A stretch of DNA of 64,000 bases from Octopus sinensis (lineage: Eukaryota), in assembly GCF_006345805.1 (NCBI RefSeq), contig NC_043012.1, forward strand, positions 35,898,001 through 35,962,000. The letters run 5' to 3'. The notes under the pieces are model-generated. The model had not been told where the DNA came from. It ran no database searches and saw only the letters and a list, made by a program, of their open reading frames with translations. This document shows positions 39,166-52,185 of the stretch, one piece after another. The position numbers were made by a program, and so were the translations under genes. Position 1 is the stretch's first letter; the number at the start of each line of letters is the position of its first letter.

Positions 39166-40416
39166 TTTATATATGTATGCATATGTGTGTATATGTATAT
39201 ATAAATTTATATTCATATATATATATATATATATTTATATGAATGTATATGCATGTGTGTATATATATATATATGTATGTATGTATGAATGTACATATGT
39301 GTATATATACATGTATGAATGTATATGTGTATGTATGTATGTATATATATATATATATATATAATATATATATATATATATGTATGTATACATAAATACA
39401 TATATGCATATACATGTGTGTCTGTATGTATGCATGTATGTATGTAGGTAGGTAGAACACACACACACTCTACTACACTCTCTCTCTCCTGCATGATGTA
39501 ACAATGCTGTATAGAATGGTCTGTGGTGGCATGGGATAGTGTAGTGGTGGTGCTTGTTGTGGTGTGTGTGGTAGTATGTTTTCATAGTGGTGTGTGGTCA
39601 AAGATCAAATTAAAGTATGGCGTAATCTTGTATGTTTCATTGGTTACCTCCATATCTTAAATCTCATCAAGCATAACAGACTAGGTATACTCAGCCACAC
39701 GAAACGATCTAAATGCAATTGCCAGGTAAATAACAATACCAGAATTGGCAGGTAAAGAGAAATGGTTTGGCCATGAGACATTATTAAATTATGTTGTGGT
39801 ATTTCTATATAAATACAAAAAACAATGTTTATTTTGGATTTTTCCATCTATTCTGGCACTTCAAAGAAAATCGGCCACTGCACATCAACTTGGTGTGTCA
39901 GGAATACTCGCAGAATCGCTAACGACTCACAGAATGTTTTTCGAATAGAGAATAGACACAGTTTTGCTTTGTTTTTTTGCGGTTAACATCTGCTAGTCAA
40001 CTTTTTAATTACTATTTTATATTTTTTTAATGCGTTCTTCTTTTAAAAGTTTGATGCCGGTCAGAGGAAACGTAAAAGATTTTAATTGGAAAGTTTTCTC
40101 CTAAAATTTAGGATGAAAATCCTGAAGTTAAAGCGAGAGGAGAGGGATTCTTGGCCAACCAAATTCTTGCTTTGATGTTTTGTGTGGATAAACAGTGATA
40201 CATATGTTCACCATTATCTTACTCCAGGAGGTGGGGTGGAGGACAGGGGCTAGTTAATATTTGAGGAGAGGAAGTGTTAAGAAGTCTATAAGTTGGTAAG
40301 AATTAGTTTAGCAGCAGAGGCCAAGTGGATAAAACAGACACGTGAATTAATTTTGCAGAAAAACCACTTCTTACGCCATCTCCAGCATTCATCTGTAGAA
40401 ATCTCTTCATTTATCC

Positions 40417-40484
<68 letters not shown>

Positions 40485-40638
40485 CTATCTATCTATCTAT
40501 CTACCTATCTATCTATCTATCTATCTATCTATTTCTATCTATCTATCTGTCTGTCTGTCTAGCTAGCTATCTCTCCCTGTTTATCTATTTGTCTATCTAT
40601 CTATCTATCCATCCATCCATCCATCCATCCATCCATCA

Positions 40639-40675
<37 letters not shown>

Positions 40676-40676
40676 C

Positions 40677-40763
<87 letters not shown>

Positions 40764-40814
40764 GCCTATCTATCTGTCTGTCCGTCTTTCTATCTATTTA
40801 TCTATTTATGTATG

Positions 40815-40845
<31 letters not shown>

Positions 40846-41469
40846 ATATGTATCTATCTATCTTTCTATCTATCTCTCTGTCTGCCTATCCTTATATGTG
40901 TGTGTGTGTACACATATACCTGTACAAGTTCTGGAGTTGATGTAATTGACTAACCTCCTTCTCTTTAAAATTTCTGGTCTTGTGCCTAAATTAGAAACTC
41001 TTCTTCTTCTTATTATTATTGTTGTTGTTTCTGTTTTCAAGTATCACATACATTAAGATAATCATATTCGATTATAGGGAGATTTGACTGCTGTTTCTAG
41101 CCATTTGATCCACCATATAATGACACCTTTGCCGACCTGTTATGTACACCCTGTGTAATGTGGAGCAGAGTAAGGTGTATTAAACTACAGAATATTCGGT
41201 CATCATATAAAAAAAAAAGACTGGACTGCGGAATGGTGTTCAGGGTACCACACTGTACATTACGTTAGCCTGTGTGGAGTGGAGTATGGTGGCTAGGGTA
41301 GCACACTGGAATATGTATTCCACAATGGGTGGTCATGGTTTGAATGTCCTTTCGTCATAGGTCAACTGGATAAAAGCTGACCTTGGGCTAAACAACAACA
41401 CATTATGGAAGACTGTCACTGTTGAAGATGCTAGAAGGTGATTGGGGTGTATGTATCATGTTGATCACC

Positions 41470-41935
41470 ATCATAGTTGTTTAACGTCTACTTTCCATGC
41501 TGGCATGGGTTGGACAGTTTGACTGAGAGCTGGCTAAGGCGGCAAGCTGGCAGAAACGTTAGCATGCCGGGCGAAGTGCGTAGCCGTATTTCGTCTGCCG
41601 TTACATTGAGTTCAAATTCCACTGAGGTCGACTTTGCCTTTCATCCTTTCGGGGTCGATTAAATAAGTACCAGTTGCGCACTGGGGTCAATGTAGTCGAC
41701 TTAATCTATGTGTCTGTCCTTGTTTGTCCCCTCTGTGTTTAGCCCCTTGTGGGTAGTAAAGAAATAGGTTTGACTGAGGGCTGGCAAGCTAGGAGGCTGC
41801 ACCAGGCCCCAATCCAATCTGACAAAATTTCTACAGCTGGATGCCCTTCCTAACGCCGACCACTCTGTGAGTGTAGTGGGTGCTTTTTACGTGTCACTGG
41901 CACGGGAGCCAGCCAGGTGGCACTGGCAGGAGTTC
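41470..41935 (-). mobile_element. RTE 3'-tail fragment interrupted by a Deu/Nin-core SINE (41536-41770)
   Basis: tttccatgctggcatgggttggac..tgactgag resumes after the SINE as tgactgagggctggc..gagtgtagtgggtgctttttacgtg. Confidence 0.72.
41536..41770 (+). mobile_element. Near-complete SINE family B copy
   Basis: aaggcggcaagctggcagaaacgttagc...gggtagtaaagaaataggt, closely similar to 5992-6230. Confidence 0.8.
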
Positions 41936-42578
41936 TTTTCCCAGTGGACTCCTTGGATTCTTTTTTTTTACTCTGCTGGACCCTCATAGCCATTTAATGA
42001 TTAAATAATTCTGTTGTATTTTTATAATGAAATATTTTTAGGAATTGTATAAAAAAATATTATTCTTTTACTCTTTTATTAGTTTCAGCCATTTGACTGA
42101 GGCCATGCTGAAGGGTTTTAGTCAAACAATTGAACCCAGGACTTATTCTTTTTTTAAGCCTAGTACTTATCTTATCGGTCTCTTTTGCTGAACTGCTAAG
42201 TTACACGGACATAAATACATCAATAATGGTTGTCAAGTGGTGATGGGGAACAAACACTGACACAAAGACACACACACACACATACATATATGTATATATA
42301 TATATATATACATACATACATATACATACATAAATACATACATAAATCTACCAAATCCACTCACAAGGCTTTGGTCAGCCTGAGGCAATAGCTGAAGACA
42401 CTTTCCCATGCAGTGGGACTGAACCCAGAACCATGTGGTTGGGAAGCAAGCTTCTTACCACACAACTACAACAAAATCTTATGTGAACCCCCAAGTGTCA
42501 TACAGACCCTCAAGGATCATGTAGACCCTCCCAAAGGTCATTTGGACCCTCAAGGGTCATATGGTTGAGAACCACTGC
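41935..42578. mobile_element. hAT-type MITE copy interrupted by a SINE (42062-42470)
   Basis: Body similar to 28150-28250; right TIR ggttgagaaccactg about 70 nt before the 42650 acceptor. Confidence 0.55.
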
Positions 42579-42649
42579 TTTATATATTCTCTTTCATCTG
42601 TTTTATATTAACATATTATTTATTGTTTGTTGTTTATTTCTTCCACCAG

Positions 42650-44437
42650 GTGGCAGTACTCGGAATGGGAAACCAACAGAAAGTGGTGCAACCGGTAAAA
42701 TTGCCGCTTCATCTCATGCAAAACAAGGTTACGTACCTGACCAACCACCAAGGAGTGATGCTGAGGAGATAAACATTTTGTTCAGTGAGAGGAAAATGAT
42801 GAATCCCGAAGACAATATCAGACAGTATAGATCTGCAAGCTTTTCTGAATATCAGAGGCTGACTTCAAAACGGTCGGAACTGCATGGAGCCAGCACAACT
42901 CTGTTGCATGAGGAATTCTCACAAGACGAGAATGACCAAATCATAGATTCATTGGTCAGCATTTATGGAATTCCAATTAGTACTGCAATGAAGTCATTAA
43001 AAAGAAGACTTCAAGATGAGTTGCGAAAAGTTACGGAGAGTCGGAGGCGTAAGATAGAAGAACTTGAGGAAATCCACGCACTTGAGCAACAAATCGAAGA
43101 ATTAAAACTGGAATCAAAATCGGATTCTAAAGCTGCTTCATTTCTTCCAAATGGTCACAAGTCTCGATCCCTTCCAAGAAATGGCCGTGGCTTGGTGACG
43201 TCATCTTCATTCGATAAATCTACTGCAGTGCGTTCTTCTCCACAAATCATACCCAGACGTTCACGTCATCGGCGACAGGCATCAGATCCAATGATAGCAA
43301 AGTTTTCTCCTATCAAGGAAGACAAAGACATTGAAGCTGATTTTCAAGCTAAAGCTAGTGAGGCTTACGATGGTAAGTTCTCAAAGTATTCCACCGATGA
43401 CAGTTCCCAGTCAGGACTCAGTGATACGGAAAGCACTCGATCCGAGCCGACTGGAGAATCTTTGAACTCTGCCTACAAGAAGATCAAGCCTTCAGCTTAC
43501 GCCAAAATGTTTTACACTGGTCGAGCCCAGTCCACTGAACGAATTCACTCTTCAGACAGTGCACAGTACTTGTCATCCTCTGCTCCTTTGTCAAGCAGCC
43601 AATCAGAGTCGTTCCTTTCTGAAGGCTATGCTGGACATTCGAGAACACCCACTTACTTCTCAGATGATGAAGAGAAGCGAACTAAGGAGGAAAAAAGACA
43701 GATATTACAGTATGAAATAGAAAAGAGAAAGAAACAGCTTGAAGAGACTGCACGCTTGCAGCACGAACTTATTCGACTTTCTCGTGCTCGACAAGCTGTG
43801 GCCCACAGCTATGATGATATCCCCAGACGTTATGCCTATTCCACTAGTCCCAGACATGTACCGACTGGCATCATTAAGCCCTTGGATGACGAACTACCCT
43901 ATCAATTAGAACGCTACGTACAGAGCAGTCACGACATACATAAATCCGATAGTATGGACGCTAAACGAGCCCAGGAACTCGCTCAAGCTCAAGCTAACTA
44001 CAGCTCCACCGAATATCTAGCTCACAAACAAGAGCTTGCTCGGCGCCAGTTGTATGACGATTACTCCACTTATGGTTCGTACCCACCTTACGATGCAGGC
44101 TTAGGACAATCTCAGGTTTACCCTTCATCTCCAAACCTGATGAACCGCAGTGACTCTGGTCCTGTTATCATTCAATCAATGCCCCCCACTTTACCGTCAT
44201 CTGGAATCTCTGGTAGTGTCACTCTACCAGAAATCAACAGGTCAGACATGGATATTATGCCTTCCAGAGACCTACATCAACATCAGTTCTCCTCAGATAC
44301 AGATAACAGCCCAGCAAGTGATTACACACCTGCTATGCCGCTGTTGGATGATATCACCACCAGATCACGTAAGATCCTACATGATATTGGTAACCGACCC
44401 CTGTCTGCTGAGTTTAACTTGCCTGGAGGTGTTGATG
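42650..44437 (+). CDS. PCLO: Piccolo-like gene, 1788-nt coding exon with two coiled coils and an AKFSPIKEDKDIE box
   Basis: ccag|GT acceptor (phase 1), donor GATG|gtgagt (phase 1). Coiled-coil-like segments MKSLKRRLQDELRKVTESRRRKIEELEEIHALEQQIEELK and EEKRQILQYEIEKRKKQLEETARLQHEL. DPMIAKFSPIKEDKDIE resembles Piccolo DPKMSKFSPIQESRDLE (recalled). Confidence 0.9.
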
Positions 44438-45441
44438 GTGAGTGCAACTTTCTTATACACAATTCAATCATTAGTTTTTAATTAACAATGCATAATTAAT
44501 CATCCTTATTTGTTTTAACATCTACTTTTCCTTACTTGCTTATGTCAAATGAGACTTTGCTGAGGCAGTGTCTTCGCTGGTTCAATTCTCTCCTTGATGC
44601 TGATCCTCACCTGTTCCCAAGCAGTTTAATTATTTCCTTTGCCTGTTGAATAATGAACAGCCCAGCATGCTTTTGCAGGGGACTGCTAACAAATGACACA
44701 CCTCTCACCCTGCCAACTACTGTCCTATTGCACTCATTTACATACACCCCTTCCCACACACACACACATATGTATATATTGTATAAAAAGAACATAAATG
44801 GGGTTTTTACACCTACCCCACACCCAGAACCTACCCTGAGTCAGATCTACAGTTTAAACTGGTTTTGCTATTTACATATCAGCAACATGCTACCAACACA
44901 TGATACTTCGTGGTTGTTTTACCTCACTGTGAACCCTATGTTATGGTACCTAGCTAGTTCTGGCATCCTACGTGTTGATGTGCCTGGATTCTAATGACTC
45001 TGTAACTAATTTACACACACACACACACACACAGACATATATATATGTGTGTATGTAAGATAGGCTTCTCTCAATTCTCTTCTACCAGATGCATTCATAA
45101 AGCATTGATTGGCTTGGGACTCTGGAAGGCACCTATCCAAAGTGCCATGCGGAGAGACTGAACCTGAAACCATTTGGTTGGGAAGCAAACTTCTCTACCA
45201 CAGAACAAAAAAAAAAATGATAAAATAGCAAATTTGCAAAGGTGTTGGGGAGGGTTCTAATGGTTCAGGCAGTGTGTTTAATTGGAGAAATTAAGAGAGA
45301 TTTAACTGTGAGGCATTCATCTGTGGGAAAGTGGGATGGGGAAAGGGTTTGTGTTGATCAGGGCTCAAATCTCTCAGTAAAAATCATTTTATATTTCATA
45401 GTGGACATTGTTTTCTATTTTATATTCTATGTTTTGTGTAG

Positions 45442-45563
45442 ATTTAATGAATGCCATGTACCGAGTGGAAAGTGACAATAGTGTCGATGCTGATGAACCA
45501 ATCATGAAACATATGACAGAAGGAGGTGTCACCATTTTGAAACAGCTGGAACGGAAGAAACAG
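45442..45563 (+). CDS. PCLO: Piccolo-like gene, coding exon (DLMNAMYRVE...KQLERKKQ)
   Basis: tgtag acceptor (phase 1), CAG|gtaatt donor (phase 0), open frame joining both neighbours. Confidence 0.8.
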
Positions 45564-46042
45564 GTAATTTGTCAGCTCTTCCTCTCTCCCACCCTCTCTC
45601 ACTTACTCTCTTTCTCTCACTTACCCTCGCTCTCGCTTTCTCTTTCTGTATTTGAGTGAGTATATGTATATAGATGTGTGTGTGTATGTGTGTGTGTGTG
45701 TGTGTATGTGTGTGTGTAAGGATTCCGAAGATAGTGTAACAGTTCTTGGCTGTTGTGATGTTACAAGAATACACAAAACCAAAATGCTGGCAATCGGTAA
45801 GAATGTTAACTGAAAGACTTTTAGAGCATGAGAGAATTCTTGCACTTATTTGCAGCGATGATAAAAAAATGGAGAATAAAAGTAAATATTTTCTTTAAAA
45901 TTTTGAAAATTTCTTGATGCTTGAAGTTGGAGAACTCTGTAAAATTGTTGGCCTTGATTCAACTTGAAAAACAATATTTTTTTATATTAGATATTTGTTT
46001 AGCACAATTTAAAGCAGAAATTTTAATAAAAGACCATTCCTT

Positions 46043-46135
46043 TGGTCATACAGAACCCTATTAATTGCACCTCTGTGGTCATACAGCACCCTATTAATTG
46101 CACCTCTGTGGTCATACAGCACCCTACTGACTGCA
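46043..46135. repeat. 33-bp tandem repeat, about 3 copies
   Basis: ggtcatacagcaccctattaattgcacctctgt repeated. Confidence 0.85.
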
Positions 46136-46341
46136 CTCCTGAGACCAGAAATTCAATTCCATTGAAATCCAAATAGAGTTTGGAGTTTATGCATCATTTC
46201 CTTGTGCTGAATAAGAGGAAACTTTCAGCAGATTTCATGAAAGAATTTCACTAAAAGATTATGGAATTTTCACTTGTGCCTTCTTGGACCAAAATCAAGT
46301 AATCTCCACTGCAAGGGGATTGGCACAGACTGAAATCAAAT

Positions 46342-46536
46342 TTAACCCTTTAACATTCAGATTACTGTCATTCAGATTGCTTATTCAGATGGTTTTGAGT
46401 TAATCATGCGTTATTTCATAACTGTGATTATTTTATTACATTGTAGGGTTGGTAGGAGAGGTAGGATGTGGTCAGTTTGACTGTAAAACAGAATAATTTA
46501 GGCTGGATATGGTCAGTTTAAATACTACAGGGTTAA
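46342..46536. mobile_element. piggyBac-like MITE (TTAA-CCCT...AGGG-TTAA)
   Basis: ttaaccctttaacattcag at left, aatactacagggttaa at right. Confidence 0.6.
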
Positions 46537-46605
46537 GATTTTAAAATAAGGGAAGGGACTGAACCTGACTGCTTGGATTTGGAGATTATAATGAAAAGAA
46601 AGTGG

Positions 46606-46850
46606 GGGTGTGTGGCTTGGTGGTTAAGGGCGTTGGACACATGAGCGCAAAATTGTGGTTTCAATTCCTGGACCGGGTAATGCATTGTGTTCTTGAGCAA
46701 AACACTTCATTTCATGCTGCTCCAGTCCACTCAGCTAGCAAAAAGGAGTAACCCTACTACCGACCAATGTCCCATCCAGGGATGTGAGGAATATATATGC
46801 CACTGAATCCTGGAAACCGGCCCTTATGAGCCTGGCATGGCTCAAGAATG
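46606..46850 (+). mobile_element. SINE family C (tRNA head + CORE-like gtgttcttgagcaaaacactt)
   Basis: gtgtggcttggtggttaag..ggtttcaattcc..ttgtgttcttgagcaaaacacttcatttca. Relatives at about 4250, 18810, 28253(-), 61090(-). Confidence 0.65.
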
Positions 46851-47178
46851 AAACAGTTATTTTTATTCTAATGAAAAGAAAATAATTTGATTGAGTATAT
46901 TAGGAGAATGAAAGTTGTTACAGAGAAAAACCTAGAGGAACAGATGGACATCGATAATGAGGAACCTGTTGCTTATCAAGCAACTGACCGGGAAAGAGTG
47001 GACATGATACAAGATGGTGAGTAAAGAAAAAAGCAAGATGATGATGATGATGAAAATGTAAAAGAAGAACTAAGAAGCATAAGAAAGAATTTCCATAAGA
47101 AACTGTATCCAGAATGAGCAGAGATTTAATAGCAGGATTAGGACAGAAGGACTCTAAAACAGAACAAAAATATCATCG

Positions 47179-47189
<11 letters not shown>

Positions 47190-47211
<22 letters not shown>

Positions 47212-47345
47212 CATGTCCAATTTCCAACCCTGACATGGGTTGAACAGTTTGAGAGGAGTTGGCAAGCCAGAGAGCAACACCAGGCTCCACTTGTCTCTTT
47301 TGGTATGGTTTCTACAGCCGGATGACCTTCCTAATGCCAACAATT
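47190..47345 (-). mobile_element. RTE 3'-tail fragment
   Basis: (ATC)n followed by gacatgggttgaac..ttctacagccggatgaccttcctaatgccaac. Confidence 0.6.
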
Positions 47346-47686
47346 TTACTGTCCATTTATTTGATTCAAACAGAATTAATTAGAAGGAAATCTAAGAACC
47401 AGAAGCAAAGTAGCGGGCAAAAGTTGCTGGTGAGGGTTGTTTAACAATGTTGCCAAGGTGCATTCCAACACACAAACTTCCCGTCCCTATATTTCTTCTG
47501 GTCTTGATGTGTATTTGGGGCTGGGTGTACTTGTTGACCATGGAGATCCTGATCATCCTGTATACCATGTCAAATATTGTGTGTTTAAATAATGTCAATA
47601 TGTATATATATGTGCTTATATGATGTATGTAGAATATATATATATAGTAATGAAATGTTGTCATATATTTGTGGTCTCTGTTACAG

Positions 47687-47771
47687 CCAGCACCAACACA
47701 ACCTAAACGGTACCCATTCATCACAAAAAGAATCTTACTTACAAGAGATCCAAAGGACAAGTCAATCAAAG
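47687..47771 (+). CDS. PCLO: Piccolo-like gene, exon encoding PDZ beta-A (PAPTQPKRYPFITKRILLTRDPKDKSIK)
   Basis: ttacag acceptor (phase 0), AAAG|gtttgt donor (phase 1). Peptide parallels Piccolo YIFPHARIKITRDSKDHTVSG (recalled). Not in the supplied ORF track; found by reading. Confidence 0.88.
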
Positions 47772-48136
47772 GTTTGTAACTATGGTTAATATATACATGT
47801 GTGTGTGTGTGTTACTGTTTTTGGCCCCGGGGAAGGGGCTGTGCCCGTAGCTTCTTCAAGCCCCACCAAAACCAGTGAAACCAACATAGTGAGTGCTCCT
47901 CTTGGACAGCTGCATGTTGATGGCCACAGGGGCAAAACATGGAGGGGGAAAGAATCGGGAGGGTGGATGTTGTGGGAGTGAAGAAGGACTGGAGAAATGG
48001 TTAATGGTGGTGATGGTGGAAGAGTAGAGACATTATGGGTGAAGTGAAGAGGAGGGATGAATGCATTAGTAGGTCCTGTAAAATGGTCATCATTGCTCCC
48101 CTTTCTCTTCTGACTAATAACCAACCCACCAGCCGA

Positions 48137-48192
<56 letters not shown>

Positions 48193-48282
48193 AAAAAGGA
48201 GATGTGGAACACGAGTTGTGATATATAAAAAAGGAAATGAAGAAAATGCTGACAAAATAATTTGTCAGCATTTTCTTCATTT

Positions 48283-48322
<40 letters not shown>

Positions 48323-48342
48323 TTATCATAAATATTATTCAA

Positions 48343-48532
48343 TGTACACAATATAAAGATACAAGCTATTTCTTGCTGTGAAGACACATGTCTTGGTCAG
48401 TTTTTATGATATGCCTTGTGTCTCCAAGCAATCTTTGGGCTCCAAGACACAAGGCATGTTATAAGAACTTACCAAGACACGTGTCTCCATAGCAAGAAAC
48501 TATTAGTGGCTTGTGTCTTTATACTCTGTACA
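48343..48532. mobile_element. Imperfect foldback MITE (a one-armed relative lies at 22157-22330)
   Basis: tgtacacaatataaagatacaagc..tttcttgctgtgaagacacatgtcttgg..tgccttgtgtct pairs with agacacaaggcatg..ccaagacacgtgtctccatagcaagaaa..gcttgtgtctttatactctgtaca. Confidence 0.65.
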
Positions 48533-49004
48533 CTAAATGATATTTATTTCTCACTTGATGGGGTATTTTAGTAATTAATGGAACAGTAAACTATATATAT
48601 ATATAATTAATCAAAGGACATACTAAGTATGTTTACCTGCTGGAAATAACAGTCAAAACTCTTATTTTCTTGTCACTTCAGTCCACACAGCTGGCAAAAG
48701 TGAGTTGTACCTGTAATTCAAAGGGGGAGGGGGCAGCCTTGTCACATTCTGTATCATGCTGAATCTCCCTGAGAATTATGTCAAGGATACATGTGTCTGC
48801 GGAGTACTCGGCCACATGCAAGTTAATTTCACAAACAGGCTGTTCAGTTGATCAGATCAACTGAAACACTTGTGGTGACTGATGGAATGGCAGTTGTCAT
48901 AAAACCGTTTATTGCCATAAGAATGTGCTCATCCATGGAACACTTGTTCATTCTCTGCCTCGTGACTCCACTGAAGAAAGGGATCACCAACTCTCATCAA
49001 AATA

Positions 49005-49350
49005 TGATGAACATCATCATCTTTATCATCTTTTACATCATCATCATCATCTTTTTTATCATCTTCATCATTATCTTCATGATCTTTTCCATCATCATCA
49101 TTGTCATCTTCCTCGTCTTTTTCATCATCATGTTCATCATCTTCATCATTATCATCATCATCTTTATAATTATCATCATCATCATTGTCATCGTCATCAT
49201 CATTTTCATCATCTTTTTCATCATCATCATCATCATCATTTTCATCATCATCATCATCATCCTCGTCTTTTTCATCATCATCATCATCATCTTCATAATC
49301 ATCATCATCTTCATCATCTTTTTAATCATCATCATCATTTTCTTTTCATC
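49005..49350. repeat. (ATC/TTC)n array
   Basis: Direct reading. Confidence 0.9.
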
Positions 49351-49975
49351 CTATTTTGATGAGGGTTGGTGGCCCACTTCTTCTTCAGTACAGTACCCCG
49401 GCATGTGGACTCTTAAACATGATTCTGCTTGTATAAAAAAAAAAAGTAAATAACTATGGCATAATTATATCAGCTCATTAGGCTGGGGTCTCCCTGGGTT
49501 TCCATCATCCATAACTGACCAACAGTGTGCCATTCACCCTCATGCCACACCACGAAAAGGATGCCATTCCATTACAGAGTGAACCTGCAGGGGTTAGGCC
49601 ACATACCTTCAGACACTGTGTACTCCATGACACTTGCCACATGCACAGACGTATAACATATTAGTGTAGACAAACACACACACACATAATATACTTGCAA
49701 CATTAACAGAGTGTTGAAGTTCTTAAACTCAGTCACCCTTATCTCCCAGAAAAGAGTGTGTGTGCGTGTGTTGGTGGATAGGTGTTATAGGGCCATCATT
49801 TGGCTGGGGACCCAACTACTATTTGTTGGCTCAGACTAATGAACAAAGCACAAATTAGATGTTCACAATGAAAACACTGTCACCTCCGCATCATCTCCTC
49901 ACTTGAGCAACATGGAACTACTGTCATAACATAACGAGTTTCCTTATAACTGATACGTACACATGTATATATGTG

Positions 49976-50011
<36 letters not shown>

Positions 50012-50031
50012 TATGTGTATATATATATGTA

Positions 50032-50082
<51 letters not shown>

Positions 50083-50234
50083 GTATATATATATATATAT
50101 GTATGTATGTATGTATATATATATGTATGTATATGCATACATATATATAGATATATCTATATATATGTATATATTTGTTGCAAAGATCCTCAATGTTATA
50201 ATTAGATATAATTTTATACACATGCATATATATA

Positions 50235-50282
<48 letters not shown>

Positions 50283-50374
50283 TATATGTATATGTATATA
50301 TATATGTGAGTGCGTGTGTGTGTGCATGTATGTGCACCCTGCAATATACATATATATTGTCGTCGTCATCATCA

Positions 50375-50575
50375 CCATCATCGTTTGACGTCCGCTTTCG
50401 ATGCTAGCATGGGTTGGACGATTTTGACTGAGGGTTGGTGAACCAGGTGGCTGCACCAGGCTCTAATCTAATCTGGCAGAGTTTTTTACAGCTGGATGCC
50501 CTTCCGTACACCAACCACTCCGAGAGTGTAGTGGGTGCTTTTACGTGCCACCGGCATGAGGGCCAGTCAGGCGGT
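50375..50575 (-). mobile_element. RTE 3'-tail fragment
   Basis: catcatcgtttgacgtccgc..gctagcatgggttggac..ccactccgagagtgtagtgggtgc. Confidence 0.75.
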
Positions 50576-50581
50576 ACTTTA

Positions 50582-50650
<69 letters not shown>

Positions 50651-51464
50651 GATGGATACAGATGTGTGTATATATATATATCCATCTATATATAAAAGCA
50701 TAATTACACGTAGGTATCTATGTATCTATATCTATATATGTATGTATGTATGTGTATATATATATATGTATGTATACATGCCCATACACATATATATATA
50801 TATTGAAATCTGTATAAACAAATATGTGTATACAGTTTACTTTACATGTCAAAAATTGAAAAAGAGATGGGATCCACTTCCCCAAATATTTTTTTACCCT
50901 CCCCCCCATATTAAGCATCTGGAGATGCAAAGAGGCAGAAATGATGATGTCATATCAGTAGGGTGGTCAGTTTTTACTGTCTAACAGCAGTCAACGCTGT
51001 TGCCCTTGTAGTAGTGGTGGTGGTGGTGGTGTGGTGGTGGTGGTGGTTGCGGTGTGAGGAAAGTACCTAGAAAGTTCCTTCATGTAGAAAACTGTTCCCT
51101 TAATTCAATAATTTCTTCCAGGCCTCGCCCATCCTGCCTCTAACCCTTCCAAAAACAATCTTATCTTAACAAATTGCTTTGTTATTTTTCTTCACACCCT
51201 GCTCTCCCCTTTTATATTTATTTAATTCTATTTGTTTTATTTCATTTTGTTTTTCTCTATCTTTCTCTCAGGGAATATCTGTCAAACACAAACATTCACA
51301 CTTTTTTCCATCCCTGCCATGACATCCACCCCAACCCCTAGTCCAAGCACTATCTACCACCCCAGCCTGTGCAATTAAACATAAACAGCTTATTAAGGTC
51401 TCCATCTCTCTTTGTAGAACCCTACCAACTTTCCACTGGGTCTCCAGTAAGGGTGGTTTTTAGG

Positions 51465-52185
51465 TAGTAGTGATGGCGGGAGGGGTGGGAACTGTGGTAC
51501 TTTCAGTAGTAATGGTGGTGGTGGTGGTGGTGGTGGTGGTGGTGATGGTGGTGGTGGTGGTGGTGGTGGTGGCGGCGGCGGCGGCGGTGGTGGTGATGGT
51601 GGTGGTGGTGGTAGTAGTTGTAGTCATAGTGTTGCTGTCATTCAACCCCAGCTCAGTTTTGATCAAGAAATTCTATCTTCAAAAGCCATTCCAGCCATGC
51701 CCATCTTATCTAGGGCTACTTTGTCCATTGTGTCCTTTGTTTTGGGGGGGTTTTTTTCTTCAGATAACAGTATGTAATCAGTGAGTGTTTGGTTTCTGTT
51801 TCTAGCAGTTTGGAGTGACTGTATAGAGACTCCCTGGTTGTTCCTGGAGGTAGTGGTGTTGGATAATGGTGGTGAGAAGGGGATGGTGAGGTGGCAGGGA
51901 TATGGAAAAGCGATGGTGGTAGTGGTGGTGATTGTGATAAAGGTGGTAGAGGTGTTGTTATTGTTGTTGTTGGTGGTGGTGGTGGTGATTATGGTGAAAG
52001 TGTTGTGATGGTAGTGATGGTGGTGGTGGTTGTGATGATGGTGGTGGTGGTGGTGAAGTTGTTGTTGCTGTTGTTGGTGATGGTAATGGTGGTAGAGGTG
52101 GAGGTAGTAGTGGTGATGATGGTGGTGGTGTTGAAGGTGTTGTTGCTGGTGGTGGTGGTGGTGGTGGTAGTGGTGGTGGTGTAGG
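51465..52185. repeat. (GGT)n-rich arrays
   Basis: Direct reading. Confidence 0.85.

Noticed and set aside
44438-44481. ORF read-through into the intron as a Piccolino-like truncated isoform
   Set aside because: A short run to a stop is expected in any intron; no clear polyadenylation signal supports it.
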